Assembly (NCBI GenBank): GCA_963665295.1
Contig: OY762209.1
Span: forward strand, 1,280,001 to 1,344,000
Reading direction: 5' to 3'
Source of the DNA: Syntrophorhabdaceae bacterium
Lineage (GTDB): Bacteria > Desulfobacterota > Syntrophorhabdia > Syntrophorhabdales > Syntrophorhabdaceae
Length of the DNA stretch: 64,000 nt
Below, in pieces: positions 48,058-57,548 of this stretch; the stretch's first letter is position 1; each line of letters starts with the position of its first letter. The position numbers and the translations under genes were made by a program. The notes beneath the pieces were generated by a model. The model made no database searches and was not told where the DNA came from. It was given only the letters and a program-made list of their open reading frames with translations.

Positions 48058-49269
48058 ATGGGCGATGATCGCGTGAAGCATGGACGGATGGCCTTTTTCA
48101 TTATGGGCTGGATCGGGATGCTCTTCTATTTCGCCCAGAGGTGGATCTTCGGTCCCCTGATCCCCTCGCTTATGCAGGCTTTCGACGCTGACCGGACAAC
48201 CCTCGGCGTGGTCGGGTCAGCGTCTCTCTGGGGCTATATGTTCACGCCCATCGCGGCGGGCCTGCTCTCCGACCGTTTCGGCAGAAAATACGCCATCTTG
48301 TTCGGCATCTTCGGCTTTTCCACCCTTACCATGGTTTCCGGCCTGACGAACAGCGCGACCCAGCTTTTCTGGAATCGCTTCTTCACAGGGATGGTGGAAG
48401 CCTTCTATTTCGTCCCCATCGCCGCCTTTACCCTCGAACTTTTTCCGGAAAGGCCCGCCTTTTTTCTCGGGCTTCTGACTTCGGGCGCTTCGGTGGGCTG
48501 GTTTGTGGGTCCCGCCGCGGCGGGCTGGCTCCTCGACCTCACGGGCACGTGGCGTGCCGCCTTCCTGGCCGTCGGGTTTGCCGGCTTGATAGTGGCTTTT
48601 CTTCAGTGGTGGTTTTGGCCGGACACAGGACGCAAAACCCATACCGGCGTATTCTTCGACAGGACCATTCTGCACCCGAAGAACGTGGTCATGCTCTTCT
48701 TTCTCGGCCTGGTGCTCATGTTGCAGATGGCGTCGGAGTTTGGTTTCACCATGTGGTTTCCCGTGTATCTGCGCACCGAGGTCCTGATGAGCGCCACGAG
48801 CGCGGGGTTGATCGCGGGTTCTTTCGGCATAGGTATGGCCCTCGGAAGACCGGTCATGGGGATTGTCTCCGACCGGGTGGGCTACCGGCTCACGGGCCTG
48901 GCAGGCAGCATCTTAATGGGCCTGCTTTTCATGCTCGCCCTGTGGGCGACGGGCACGCCACTCAAGACCTTCTTTACCTTTGCCGCGGGGTTCATAGGGG
49001 CAGCGGCAACAGGAGGCCTCTGGACTTTCACGGGCCTGGTCTTCGCGTCCTTTAAAGGGCTCGCCCTGGGCGTGATCGTTACCTTCGCCTATTGCCTGTC
49101 ATCCCTGTCTCCTATTGCAATCGGGTATATAGGCGACCACTACTCCATCGCGACGGCCCTCTGGACCGTGGCGGTGCCCTGCGCGTTCGCCGCCGGCCTC
49201 TCGTTCACGCCCACCTTTATCCTCAAGAGGATTCAGCGGCCCGGGTCAGGCGATAAGTGGGGCAGGTAA
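48058..49269 (+). CDS. MFS transporter
   Basis: GLLSDRFGRK and GIVSDRVGYR, about 12 TM segments. Confidence 0.92.
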   Translation: MGDDRVKHGRMAFFIMGWIGMLFYFAQRWIFGPLIPSLMQAFDADRTTLGVVGSASLWGYMFTPIAAGLLSDRFGRKYAILFGIFGFSTLTMVSGLTNSATQLFWNRFFTGMVEAFYFVPIAAFTLELFPERPAFFLGLLTSGASVGWFVGPAAAGWLLDLTGTWRAAFLAVGFAGLIVAFLQWWFWPDTGRKTHTGVFFDRTILHPKNVVMLFFLGLVLMLQMASEFGFTMWFPVYLRTEVLMSATSAGLIAGSFGIGMALGRPVMGIVSDRVGYRLTGLAGSILMGLLFMLALWATGTPLKTFFTFAAGFIGAAATGGLWTFTGLVFASFKGLALGVIVTFAYCLSSLSPIAIGYIGDHYSIATALWTVAVPCAFAAGLSFTPTFILKRIQRPGSGDKWGR

Positions 49270-49284
49270 CGGACGCCCTCTTCC

Positions 49285-50487
49285 CTACACCCGAATGATT
49301 TCCAGGGAATCCGCAGTGATCCGTTCGAGGCCCCGGGGCCTCACGATGAAATCGACCTCGATCCCGATGGCCCCGCGATGGGGCAGGACAAACTTCGGTT
49401 CGAAGGCAAATACCATCCCCTCTTTAAGGAGCCTGCCGTGCCTCGGGGTGATGATCGGCAATTCGTTGATCTCAAGGCCCACGCCGTGGCCGATGAAGGA
49501 AACCTGCCCTTCGCCGTGTCCCATGAAATGGTCCTCGAGATGCGCCTTTTTCGCCATATCATAAGCCCGGGAGAATATCTCGGTGCAATCCACCCCCTCC
49601 CTGCCGAAAGACATGGCGTCTTCTATGATTTCCCGCGCCGTGTCGTAGGGCTTCCTGAAGGCCTCGTCGAGTTCCCCTGCTACGAAGGTCCTCGTCTCGT
49701 CGGTGTGGTAGCCGTTATAGCCCCCGCAATAATCGATGGTTACGGGGATGCCCCTCTCCACCCGCTTGAATGACGATCCCTGGGGCACCGCAGGGGTCAC
49801 CCCGGCCCCGGCAATGGGACCGTCCACAATGGTCGCAATGGCGCCCGTATAGCCGGACTGGACCGCCATGGTCATGATCTCCTGATTGAACCCGCGCATC
49901 CTGAGGTATCCATGGTGTCCCACCCTCCTGCCTTCAGCAAGAAGGGTCGCCTCGATTTCGACCTCCGTGACCCCTTCCCGGACAACGTCCCTTGCCTTCC
50001 CGAAAACGTGGGTCAGGGTCCGGCCCGATTTCTTCATCTGTTCCAGTTCCCAGGGGCTTTTTACGATCCTCACCTCTTTCACGAGGGGGGCGATGTCCCC
50101 GTAGCGGTCAAAGGCGATGCCCTTCTTCAGCCTCTCGAAAAGGGAGACGGGCAGGACGTCGAGTTCCAGGCCGGCCTTTCCCTTGAGGATGCCCCTGTCG
50201 CTCAGGATTTGTCCTATTTCCTTGTCTCTCCTCACGGGTATGAGGGGCAGGGCCGTCTCCCGCTTTGCCCTCTCCATGCCTTTCTCGACGAAGACGAGCG
50301 GGTCTCCGTCAACGGGCACGACTACCATGCCCTTTTGCATGGTGCCTGTAAAGTAGAACCTGTCCACATTTTCGAGAAGGAGGGCATAATCGAAGCCCGC
50401 CTCCGCCATCAGGCCTTTGAGCACTCCCATCCTTTTCAGGAACTCTTCTTCCGGAGCTTCGTCGAATGCGCCTACCTTTTTGAACAT
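49285..50487 (-). CDS. Xaa-Pro peptidase family M24
   Basis: D...Y.TDETRT, GHGVGLEINE, FEPK and GIE. Confidence 0.92.
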   Translation of the reverse strand: MFKKVGAFDEAPEEEFLKRMGVLKGLMAEAGFDYALLLENVDRFYFTGTMQKGMVVVPVDGDPLVFVEKGMERAKRETALPLIPVRRDKEIGQILSDRGILKGKAGLELDVLPVSLFERLKKGIAFDRYGDIAPLVKEVRIVKSPWELEQMKKSGRTLTHVFGKARDVVREGVTEVEIEATLLAEGRRVGHHGYLRMRGFNQEIMTMAVQSGYTGAIATIVDGPIAGAGVTPAVPQGSSFKRVERGIPVTIDYCGGYNGYHTDETRTFVAGELDEAFRKPYDTAREIIEDAMSFGREGVDCTEIFSRAYDMAKKAHLEDHFMGHGEGQVSFIGHGVGLEINELPIITPRHGRLLKEGMVFAFEPKFVLPHRGAIGIEVDFIVRPRGLERITADSLEIIRV

Positions 50488-50647
50488 TTTGTCCCGGCCT
50501 CCCTTTTTCCGTCCCATGTTGTATCTTCAAGCCCGACGGACAATCGAAGAATATCGCTCCCCGTGGAGGCTGTCAAGTCAAATAAGCCAACGGCCGCCGG
50601 ACGGTCTCCGGCCCCGCGCAGCACTGCCCCTGCCTGCCGTGGGCCGG

Positions 50648-51844
50648 TCAGAAAAACCGCCAGAGGGACGTGGGAGGTTTCTGCCCCTTGAAGCGGTTGT
50701 ACCAATAGCAGAGGGGATAGAGGATGACCAGGCCCGCGAGCCAGGCGGCATACATGACCGGCAGGCTGTGCCCGGCCCTGAACAGGGCCCCGAGGAGGCA
50801 ATAGAGCCACAGATGGACAAGGTAAAAGAAGAGGGCAGTCCGGCCGAAGAGGACGAGGGGGTTTGCGGGCCTCCCGAATCGGGGCGAAAATTTGCTCCAC
50901 AAGGCTATGAGGAGGAGGTTCACGGACAGGGTGACTGCGAGAAAGGAAAGGGCGGGCGGATATTTGACCACGTTCAGAAAACCCATCCATCCCGGAGGGA
51001 CTGCATTGAGGTTACCGAAGCCGCCCGTAACCCGGACCAGTGCAAAGACAAGGGCCAGGCCCGCTCCGGCCCAGGCCGATAGGTTCCACGTGAGGCGGGG
51101 GTCCCCCATGAGAAGCCTGCCGAAAAGAATCCCCAGGCCCGTAACGCCCAGCCACGGAATTACAGGGTAGAATACGATCCAGCCATCGGTGTGCCCGGGA
51201 ATGAGGGCCGCCCTTACGAGGGGCGTGTAGAGGATGTCCGTCCCGGTGGGCCCGGGTGTGGCAATCTGGGTGACCATTATGGCGCTAAGGCTGATAACAA
51301 TAATGAGCCATGTTCCCGCCCTCCTCGCCACGGCCCAGAACGCCATGGTTGAGCCGAGGGCGAACAGCACTCCGAGGTAGGTTGCGCTGCCGCCCCCTCC
51401 CGGCACTGCCCCAAGGGCCGTCATGCCGGATTTCGCCATAAGGGTTTCCGCCATCCAGGCGGGATTTTCCACCAGTATCTGGAGGATGATGAGGATTATC
51501 CCCCGGACGAGGAAGAAGCCCGTGATGCGTGCCTCCGTCCATCCGAGCCTCAGCCGGGCGGCGGCAAAGAGGGCCATCCCCGCCCCCATGAGGACGAAGA
51601 ACCCCGGCGCCGCGGGATGGGTGATCACGCGCGTTAAGAACCAGAATTGGTCGGGGTAAACAGGCAGGGAAGTCCCCCAGAACTCCCGGGCATGCACGTG
51701 GGCCACGAAGTAACTTGCGTGGTCGATGGCCATCAAGACCATGATCAGGCCCCGTTGCAGGTCCAGCGACACGAACCTGGACGCCCGGTTGATCGCCGGG
51801 GCCGGTTCGTGGGCAGGGTTTATTGTCTTTTCTTCCCGGGTCAT
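50648..51844 (-). CDS. DUF1624/HGSNAT-like membrane acyltransferase
   Basis: SLDLQRGLIMVLMAIDH, THPAAPGF, KYPP and FFYLVH. Confidence 0.88.
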   Translation of the reverse strand: MTREEKTINPAHEPAPAINRASRFVSLDLQRGLIMVLMAIDHASYFVAHVHAREFWGTSLPVYPDQFWFLTRVITHPAAPGFFVLMGAGMALFAAARLRLGWTEARITGFFLVRGIILIILQILVENPAWMAETLMAKSGMTALGAVPGGGGSATYLGVLFALGSTMAFWAVARRAGTWLIIVISLSAIMVTQIATPGPTGTDILYTPLVRAALIPGHTDGWIVFYPVIPWLGVTGLGILFGRLLMGDPRLTWNLSAWAGAGLALVFALVRVTGGFGNLNAVPPGWMGFLNVVKYPPALSFLAVTLSVNLLLIALWSKFSPRFGRPANPLVLFGRTALFFYLVHLWLYCLLGALFRAGHSLPVMYAAWLAGLVILYPLCYWYNRFKGQKPPTSLWRFF

Positions 51845-51956
51845 AGGGACTGCGTCCTCCAACTGATTCTACCTTAAGCATTCATCCCCCCTTTGTGCAT
51901 CAGCCCCCGGCGCTCCGGGAGTGCCCAATCTCGACGAGACCGGCGCCGTTATAGGC

Positions 51957-52100
51957 AGCTCACATCGCCCATACCGCCCCGGCCACGGGATAGAAGCAGG
52001 CTTAGGAGAGATCGAGCGGATGAGGGGCGTCCTCTACGACGTCGCGGTGGTGGACGCATGGGTCAGGCTTTTCAGGGAGAAGGGGTTCGAATTCGGATAG
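51957..52100 (+). pseudogene. C-terminal remnant of an HD-GYP phosphodiesterase
   Basis: The frame reads SSHRPYRPGHGIEAGLGEIERMRGVLYDVAVVDAWVRLFREKGFEFG*. No HD or GYP part is present upstream. Confidence 0.75.
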
Positions 52101-52276
52101 ACCGGGAATGACATAACAGGGCGGGGGAAAGCAGGGCGTTGCGGTCCTTCCGCCGGACATGCGTCAATCCGGGCTTGCATCCGGGCCGGGAAAGATGTAT
52201 TAAGAATTGAGCGCGGCAAGCCGCGGGAGAGGCTCCGGGGCAACAGGCGGGGGCGGGGACATTGAGGAGGTTCGCG

Positions 52277-54871
52277 ATGAGGGCGAGTACAGGGCTTAAC
52301 GGTCTCGATGAAGCGATTGATGGTCTCAGGGACGGAGACAACGTGGTATGGCAGGTGGACAAGGTGGAGGACTACGCCGGATTTGTCGGCGCCTTTGTGG
52401 AGCGCGCATTGGCGGAGAACAGGAAGGTGTGTTACATGAGGTTCGCCCTCCACAAGCCGCTCATCGACTACGACGGCCGGATCACGGTCCACGAACTCGA
52501 CGCGAGAAGCGGTTTTGAAGCCTTTTCGGCCCAGGTGCACGCCATAGCCACCGAGGAAGGGGGGAGCGCGTACTATGTATTCGACTGTCTCTCGGACCTG
52601 CTTTCCGCATGGGCCACCGACCTTATGATCGGCAACTTCTTCATGATCACCTGTCCTTACCTTTTTCAGATCGACGCTATCGCCTATTTTGGCCTTCTGA
52701 GGAACAGCCATTCATTCAAAACCGTGGCAAGGATCCGGGAAACCACCCAGGTGCTTCTCGACATATACGATACGGGCGACGACCTTTACGTTCACCCTCT
52801 GAAGGTGAGGGGACGGCATTCGGCCACCATGTTCCTTCCCCACAAGAAGGAAGGGGGCCGGTTCATCCCCGTGACGAGAAGCGGAGACGCCACGAGGCTC
52901 CTCACCTTTATTTCGGGCAGGGAAACGGAACAGGCGAAGAGGAACCTCGATTACTGGGACAGGCTTTTTCTCGACGTGGAAGAGCTCGTCCATAAAGACG
53001 GCCGGGAGGACGAGAAAAGGGAGATGCTCGATCACCTCTGCAAGATCATGATCGGCCGCGAAGAACGGATGCAGGAGCTTGCGCGCGACTATTTTACCCT
53101 GGAGGATCTGCTCGGCGTCAAGACGAGGCTTCTCGGCACGGGGTACATAGGGGGGAAATCGGCGGGCATGCTGGTGGCGAGGAAGATTCTCGGCAAAGAC
53201 GCACGTTTCGACTGGGCGACCTGTCTGGAGCCTCACGATTCTTTCTACATAGGGTCCGATGTCTTCTATACGTATCTCATCGAAAACGGCTGGTGGCAAC
53301 TCAGGACGCGCCAGAAGACAAAGGACGGCTATTTCGACGCGGCCCGGACCCTGAAGGAACAGATGAGGGAAGGGTCCTTCCCCGAGGAGATCGAAGAACA
53401 GTTCCGTCACCTTATCGAGTATTTCGGCCAGTCGCCCATTATCGTCCGTTCAAGCAGTCTCCTGGAAGACGCTTTCGGGAACGCCTTCGCGGGCAAGTAT
53501 GAAAGCATCTTCTGCGTCAACCAGGGAACGCCCGAAGAGCGGTACAAGGCCTTCAGGGATTCGGTGAGGAAGGTCTATGCGAGCACCATGAATGAGGACG
53601 CCCTTGCGTACCGTATGCAGAGGGGCCTCGATCAGCATGACGAGCAGATGGCGCTCCTCGTGCAGAGGGTTTCCGGATCGCACAGAAGCCGTTACTTTTT
53701 CCCCGACCTGGCCGGGGTGGGGATTTCCTACAATACCTTTGTGTGGCAGGAAGGCATGGACCCCCGGGCGGGTATGCTGCGGCTTGTTCTGGGGCTCGGC
53801 ACCCGCGCGGTCAACCGCGTGGAGAACGATTACCCTCGGATCGTCTCCCTCGATCAGCCCCTTCTCAGACCTCATGGGGGATTGGGAGACATGCGCAGGT
53901 ACTCGCAACACGATGTGGATGTGCTCGACGTGGAATCGAACATGCTTGAAACCGTCCCCTTCGAACGGATCGCAGTCGAAGACACGGGCCTTGACCTCGA
54001 TCTTTTCGGGGTGCGAGACCTTGATGCGGCGGCCCTTCTGAGGGAGAGGAAGGTGAAGGGCAGGGACCCCTGGATACTTACCTTCGAGAATCTCCTTTCC
54101 GCCACCACCTTTCCCGCGGTCATGCAGGAAATGCTCCGCTGCCTGGAGACGGCCTACGGCTATCCCGTGGACACGGAGTTCACCGTTAACTTTGCGGGGT
54201 CCGACAGGTTTCAGGTAAACCTGGTGCAGTGTCGTCCCCTTCAGACCAAGGGGGAAGGCAGGAGGGTAGTTATTGAGGACAATATCGCGGAAGACCGGGT
54301 TCTTTTTGCGTCGCAGGGTAATTTCATGGGGGGCAGCATAGCGCTGCCCGTGAGGCGCATCATCTATGTTGAGCCGGGGGCGTACCTCGGACTTTCCATC
54401 TCTGAAAGATATGACATTGCCCGCCTGATAGGAAAACTCAACAGGCAGGTGGGGGGCGCGGCGGACAGGTTACCTACCCTCCTCATGGGACCCGGCCGGT
54501 GGGGCACGACGACCCCGTCCCTGGGCATCCCCGTAAGGTTTGCGGAAATCAACAACATCTCCGTGCTCGTGGAGATCGAATACGAGACAGGCAGCCTCGT
54601 GCCCGAGCTTTCCTTCGGCACCCACTTTTTCCAGGACCTCGTGGAAACGGGTATCTTCTATGCGGCCATATTCCCGGAAAGGGCATCCTCCTCCTTTAAC
54701 CCCGGATGGATGGCGTCCACGAAAAACCGGTTCGCCTCACTCCTTCCGGAAAACGTCCATTACGAAAACGTCCTCAGGGTGTATGACGTGGAAGAAGGGA
54801 AACTTACCGTCATGGCGGATATCGTATCTCAGAGGGTGATCTGTTTCAGTCCTTCGAAAACAGACCAGTAG
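52277..54871 (+). CDS. PEP-synthase/PPDK N-terminal ATP-grasp domain protein with degenerate KaiC/RecA-like N-terminus
   Basis: IGGKSAG, IVRSSSLLED..FAGKYES, LLVQR, GLGTRAV and DTEF..LVQCRPL. N-terminus STGLNGLDEAI-GL..YVFDCLS. GAGGAGG RBS. Confidence 0.88.
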   Translation: MRASTGLNGLDEAIDGLRDGDNVVWQVDKVEDYAGFVGAFVERALAENRKVCYMRFALHKPLIDYDGRITVHELDARSGFEAFSAQVHAIATEEGGSAYYVFDCLSDLLSAWATDLMIGNFFMITCPYLFQIDAIAYFGLLRNSHSFKTVARIRETTQVLLDIYDTGDDLYVHPLKVRGRHSATMFLPHKKEGGRFIPVTRSGDATRLLTFISGRETEQAKRNLDYWDRLFLDVEELVHKDGREDEKREMLDHLCKIMIGREERMQELARDYFTLEDLLGVKTRLLGTGYIGGKSAGMLVARKILGKDARFDWATCLEPHDSFYIGSDVFYTYLIENGWWQLRTRQKTKDGYFDAARTLKEQMREGSFPEEIEEQFRHLIEYFGQSPIIVRSSSLLEDAFGNAFAGKYESIFCVNQGTPEERYKAFRDSVRKVYASTMNEDALAYRMQRGLDQHDEQMALLVQRVSGSHRSRYFFPDLAGVGISYNTFVWQEGMDPRAGMLRLVLGLGTRAVNRVENDYPRIVSLDQPLLRPHGGLGDMRRYSQHDVDVLDVESNMLETVPFERIAVEDTGLDLDLFGVRDLDAAALLRERKVKGRDPWILTFENLLSATTFPAVMQEMLRCLETAYGYPVDTEFTVNFAGSDRFQVNLVQCRPLQTKGEGRRVVIEDNIAEDRVLFASQGNFMGGSIALPVRRIIYVEPGAYLGLSISERYDIARLIGKLNRQVGGAADRLPTLLMGPGRWGTTTPSLGIPVRFAEINNISVLVEIEYETGSLVPELSFGTHFFQDLVETGIFYAAIFPERASSSFNPGWMASTKNRFASLLPENVHYENVLRVYDVEEGKLTVMADIVSQRVICFSPSKTDQ

Positions 54872-55707
54872 TCGGACCGGCTTTTCACCTCTCCTACAGG
54901 CAGGTGATCGAGCATCCAGGCTTTCCGGAGCCCCGGGAAGGAGAAACCCTTTCCCGCAAAATCATCGGTCCGCCTCAACTTCGAATAGTCGTAGACCATG
55001 GCCATGGCGTGGGTTTCGACCACGATGCCTTCCTCCCGGAGGGCTGCCACGGGGTTGAGCCCGCCGAAGACGAGCATACCCACCCTGCCCGGCGCCACGG
55101 GCACGTTGAGGAGCGGCCGGCCGGGCAACCCGAAGGTGACGGCGCGGCAGAAGCCGCATCTTTCGAGTGCGGAGCCGAGTCTTGCCGCATCATCGAGGCC
55201 CGCTTCCGGGATTTCCCTGAAGCTGGCGAGGACCTTGCCCCGACCATATCTCATGGCGCCCAGGACATCGGTCGTTCTGGTCTTCATGAGTATTTCCAGG
55301 GGCGCCGAAGCCGACGCCTCGTAACTGATCGCCGAGAGCCACCTTACGGGCCTGTCGTCCTCCACCTCCACAATACCGCCGAACCTCGATGAGACAGGTA
55401 CCCCGGCCCTTGCAAGCACCCCGTTAAGGGTCATGCTGCAGACCGTCCCCATACCCACCATGTTTTCGGGCACCGTGAACCGGCCGAGAGAGTCTCCCGG
55501 GCGCGCCACAACTATTTTTCCGCCCATGCCGTAAGGGGAGTCGAGGGCTGTTCCGAGAATCCCCAGGGCGGTCTCTGTTTCCTCTTCCGGTACGTAGGTG
55601 ACATTGAGTATTACCTTGCCGATACCTGTTTCCGAATCGAAGTCCGCGAGGTTCGCGAGATCTTCGATCCTCTTTGCCATAAAAACGATCCTTTCAAAAC
55701 CGAACAT
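54829..55707 (-). CDS. NrpR regulatory domain (NRD/DUF128) protein lacking the winged HTH
   Basis: FD...G.VILNV, GTVCSMTLNGVL, RFGG, ISY.AS..PLEI, LASFREIP and GGLNPVAAL.E.GI. Confidence 0.85.
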   Translation of the reverse strand: MFGFERIVFMAKRIEDLANLADFDSETGIGKVILNVTYVPEEETETALGILGTALDSPYGMGGKIVVARPGDSLGRFTVPENMVGMGTVCSMTLNGVLARAGVPVSSRFGGIVEVEDDRPVRWLSAISYEASASAPLEILMKTRTTDVLGAMRYGRGKVLASFREIPEAGLDDAARLGSALERCGFCRAVTFGLPGRPLLNVPVAPGRVGMLVFGGLNPVAALREEGIVVETHAMAMVYDYSKLRRTDDFAGKGFSFPGLRKAWMLDHLPVGEVKSRSDYWSVFEGLKQITL

Positions 55708-55737
55708 ACCTTTTAACTTTTCCTCTCTCTACGGATT

Positions 55738-55772
55738 GCCCGGCTGCCGGGTGAATATCCCGGCAGCCGGGC
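55738..55772. terminator. Perfect 14-bp GC hairpin between gdhA and the nrpR-like gene
   Basis: GCCCGGCTGCCGGG-tgaatat-CCCGGCAGCCGGGC. No U-tract on the gdhA strand. Confidence 0.6.
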
Positions 55773-55818
55773 TTCTCTATGTTTCCTGACGCCAGGCTCT
55801 GTCCTTTCTGATAACTGC

Positions 55819-57177
55819 TTATACTATGCCGTAAGCAAGCATTGAATTGGCGACCTTGAGGAAACCGGCGATGTTCGCGCCCGCGCTATAGTCGCCTTTA
55901 CGCCCATATGTTTCCGCTGCTTCGAGGCATGTGCCGTGTATGCTCTTCATTATTCCGAGGAGGCGGTTGTCCACTTCCTCCCGGGTCCATGACAGCTTGA
56001 TGCTGTTCTGGGTCATTTCCAGGCCGGATGTCGCTACCCCGCCCGCGTTTGATGCCTTGCCCGGGGCGAAGAGCACGTTGTTGTCCCGGTAAATCTTGAC
56101 CGCTTCCGGGGTGCACGGCATGTTCGCGCCCTCCGACACACAGATGCACCCGTTCTTCACGAGGGCCGCCGCATGTTCCTGGTCGAGCTCGTTCTGAGTC
56201 GCGCACGGAAGGGCCACATCCACCTTGATGCCCTGCTCGCGGATGACGTCCCACACGCTCGAACCTATGTAGCAAACCGCGTTCTTGTACTTGTCGGCAT
56301 ACTCGCTGATCCTGCCCCTTCGCACGTTCTTGAGGTCCATGAGGTAATTGACCTTTTCTCCGTTTATCCCTTCTTCGTCAATAATCGCGGAGCTGGAATC
56401 GCACAGGGTGACCACCTTGCCGCCCAACTGGCCGACCTTTTCCACTGCGTACTGGGCCACGTTTCCCGACCCGCTTATGGCCACGGTCTTGCCGGCAAAG
56501 TCGAGACCCCTGGTGGCAAGCATCTCCGCCGCAAAATAGACACAGCCGTAACCCGTTGCTTCCGGCCTCATAAGGCTTCCTCCGAACTCCAGTTGTTTGC
56601 CGGTGAGGACGCCCGTATGCTCGTTCATGATCTTTTTGTAATAGCCGTACATGTACCCTATCTCACGTCCGCCTACGCCTATGTCTCCCGCGGGCACGTC
56701 CGTGTCGGGTCCGATGTGCCGGTAAAGCTCTCTCATAAAGGAATGACAGAACCTCATGACCTCGTTATCCGATTTTCCCTTGGGGTCGAAATCGGCCCCG
56801 CCCTTCGCCCCACCCATGGGGAGGGTGGTAAGGGAATTCTTGAAGATCTGCTCGAAGCCGAGGAACTTGAGGATGCTGAGGTTGACCGACGGATGAAAGC
56901 GGAGGCCGCCCTTGTAAGGTCCTATGGCGTTGTTGAACTGGATCCTGAAGCCCCGGTTCACCTGTACCCGCCCCTTGTCGTCAACCCAGGGGACTCTGAA
57001 GATTATGGTACGGTCCGGCTCTACGAGCCTTTCGTATATTCTCGCTTTCACGAACTCCGGGTGCTTCACCGCAGTAGCTTCAAGGCTTTCGAAGACTTCC
57101 TCAACTGCCTGATGGAATTCAAACTCGTAGGGATCTGTTGATTTCACCCGGTCGACAATCTCGTTCAATATGGACAT
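55819..57177 (-). CDS. gdhA: NADP-specific glutamate dehydrogenase
   Basis: GPYKGGLRFHPSVN, LPMGGAKGG, DVPAGDIGVG, RPEATGYG and SGSGNVA. Confidence 0.97.
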   Translation of the reverse strand: MSILNEIVDRVKSTDPYEFEFHQAVEEVFESLEATAVKHPEFVKARIYERLVEPDRTIIFRVPWVDDKGRVQVNRGFRIQFNNAIGPYKGGLRFHPSVNLSILKFLGFEQIFKNSLTTLPMGGAKGGADFDPKGKSDNEVMRFCHSFMRELYRHIGPDTDVPAGDIGVGGREIGYMYGYYKKIMNEHTGVLTGKQLEFGGSLMRPEATGYGCVYFAAEMLATRGLDFAGKTVAISGSGNVAQYAVEKVGQLGGKVVTLCDSSSAIIDEEGINGEKVNYLMDLKNVRRGRISEYADKYKNAVCYIGSSVWDVIREQGIKVDVALPCATQNELDQEHAAALVKNGCICVSEGANMPCTPEAVKIYRDNNVLFAPGKASNAGGVATSGLEMTQNSIKLSWTREEVDNRLLGIMKSIHGTCLEAAETYGRKGDYSAGANIAGFLKVANSMLAYGIV

Positions 57178-57548
57178 ACCCTCTCCTCCCTCTCTTCATG
57201 GTAATGGAATCGGCTTTTTCAAGCTGGCATTTCTTCTGCTGCCGTGCTCCTCGTGAGAGGTGCCTTTCGCATAAGAAAAACGTATATAAAAAAACAGATG
57301 GGCGAAGCCTTTGCAATCGGGTGGAACCTGTTTTCGCCATAGGGGAATACGCTATACATCGGGTAGGGTACTGCCTGATGGGACGGAGAAAGCACGGAAA
57401 GGAGCGGGTTGGGAGGGAAACAGGTCCTGTCCACCAGGGCGCTGAACAAGAAAAATGGTGTCGGTTCCGGGTAGGGGTGGCGCGGTAACTACGGGGACGC
57501 TACCGGTTCTTCCCTGATCTCCCTATAGTCGTAAACCTTGCCGGAGGG

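Noticed and set aside
52277..54871. Annotation as ppsA/ppdK
   Set aside because: It lacks the canonical phospho-His motif and the PEP/pyruvate TIM barrel.
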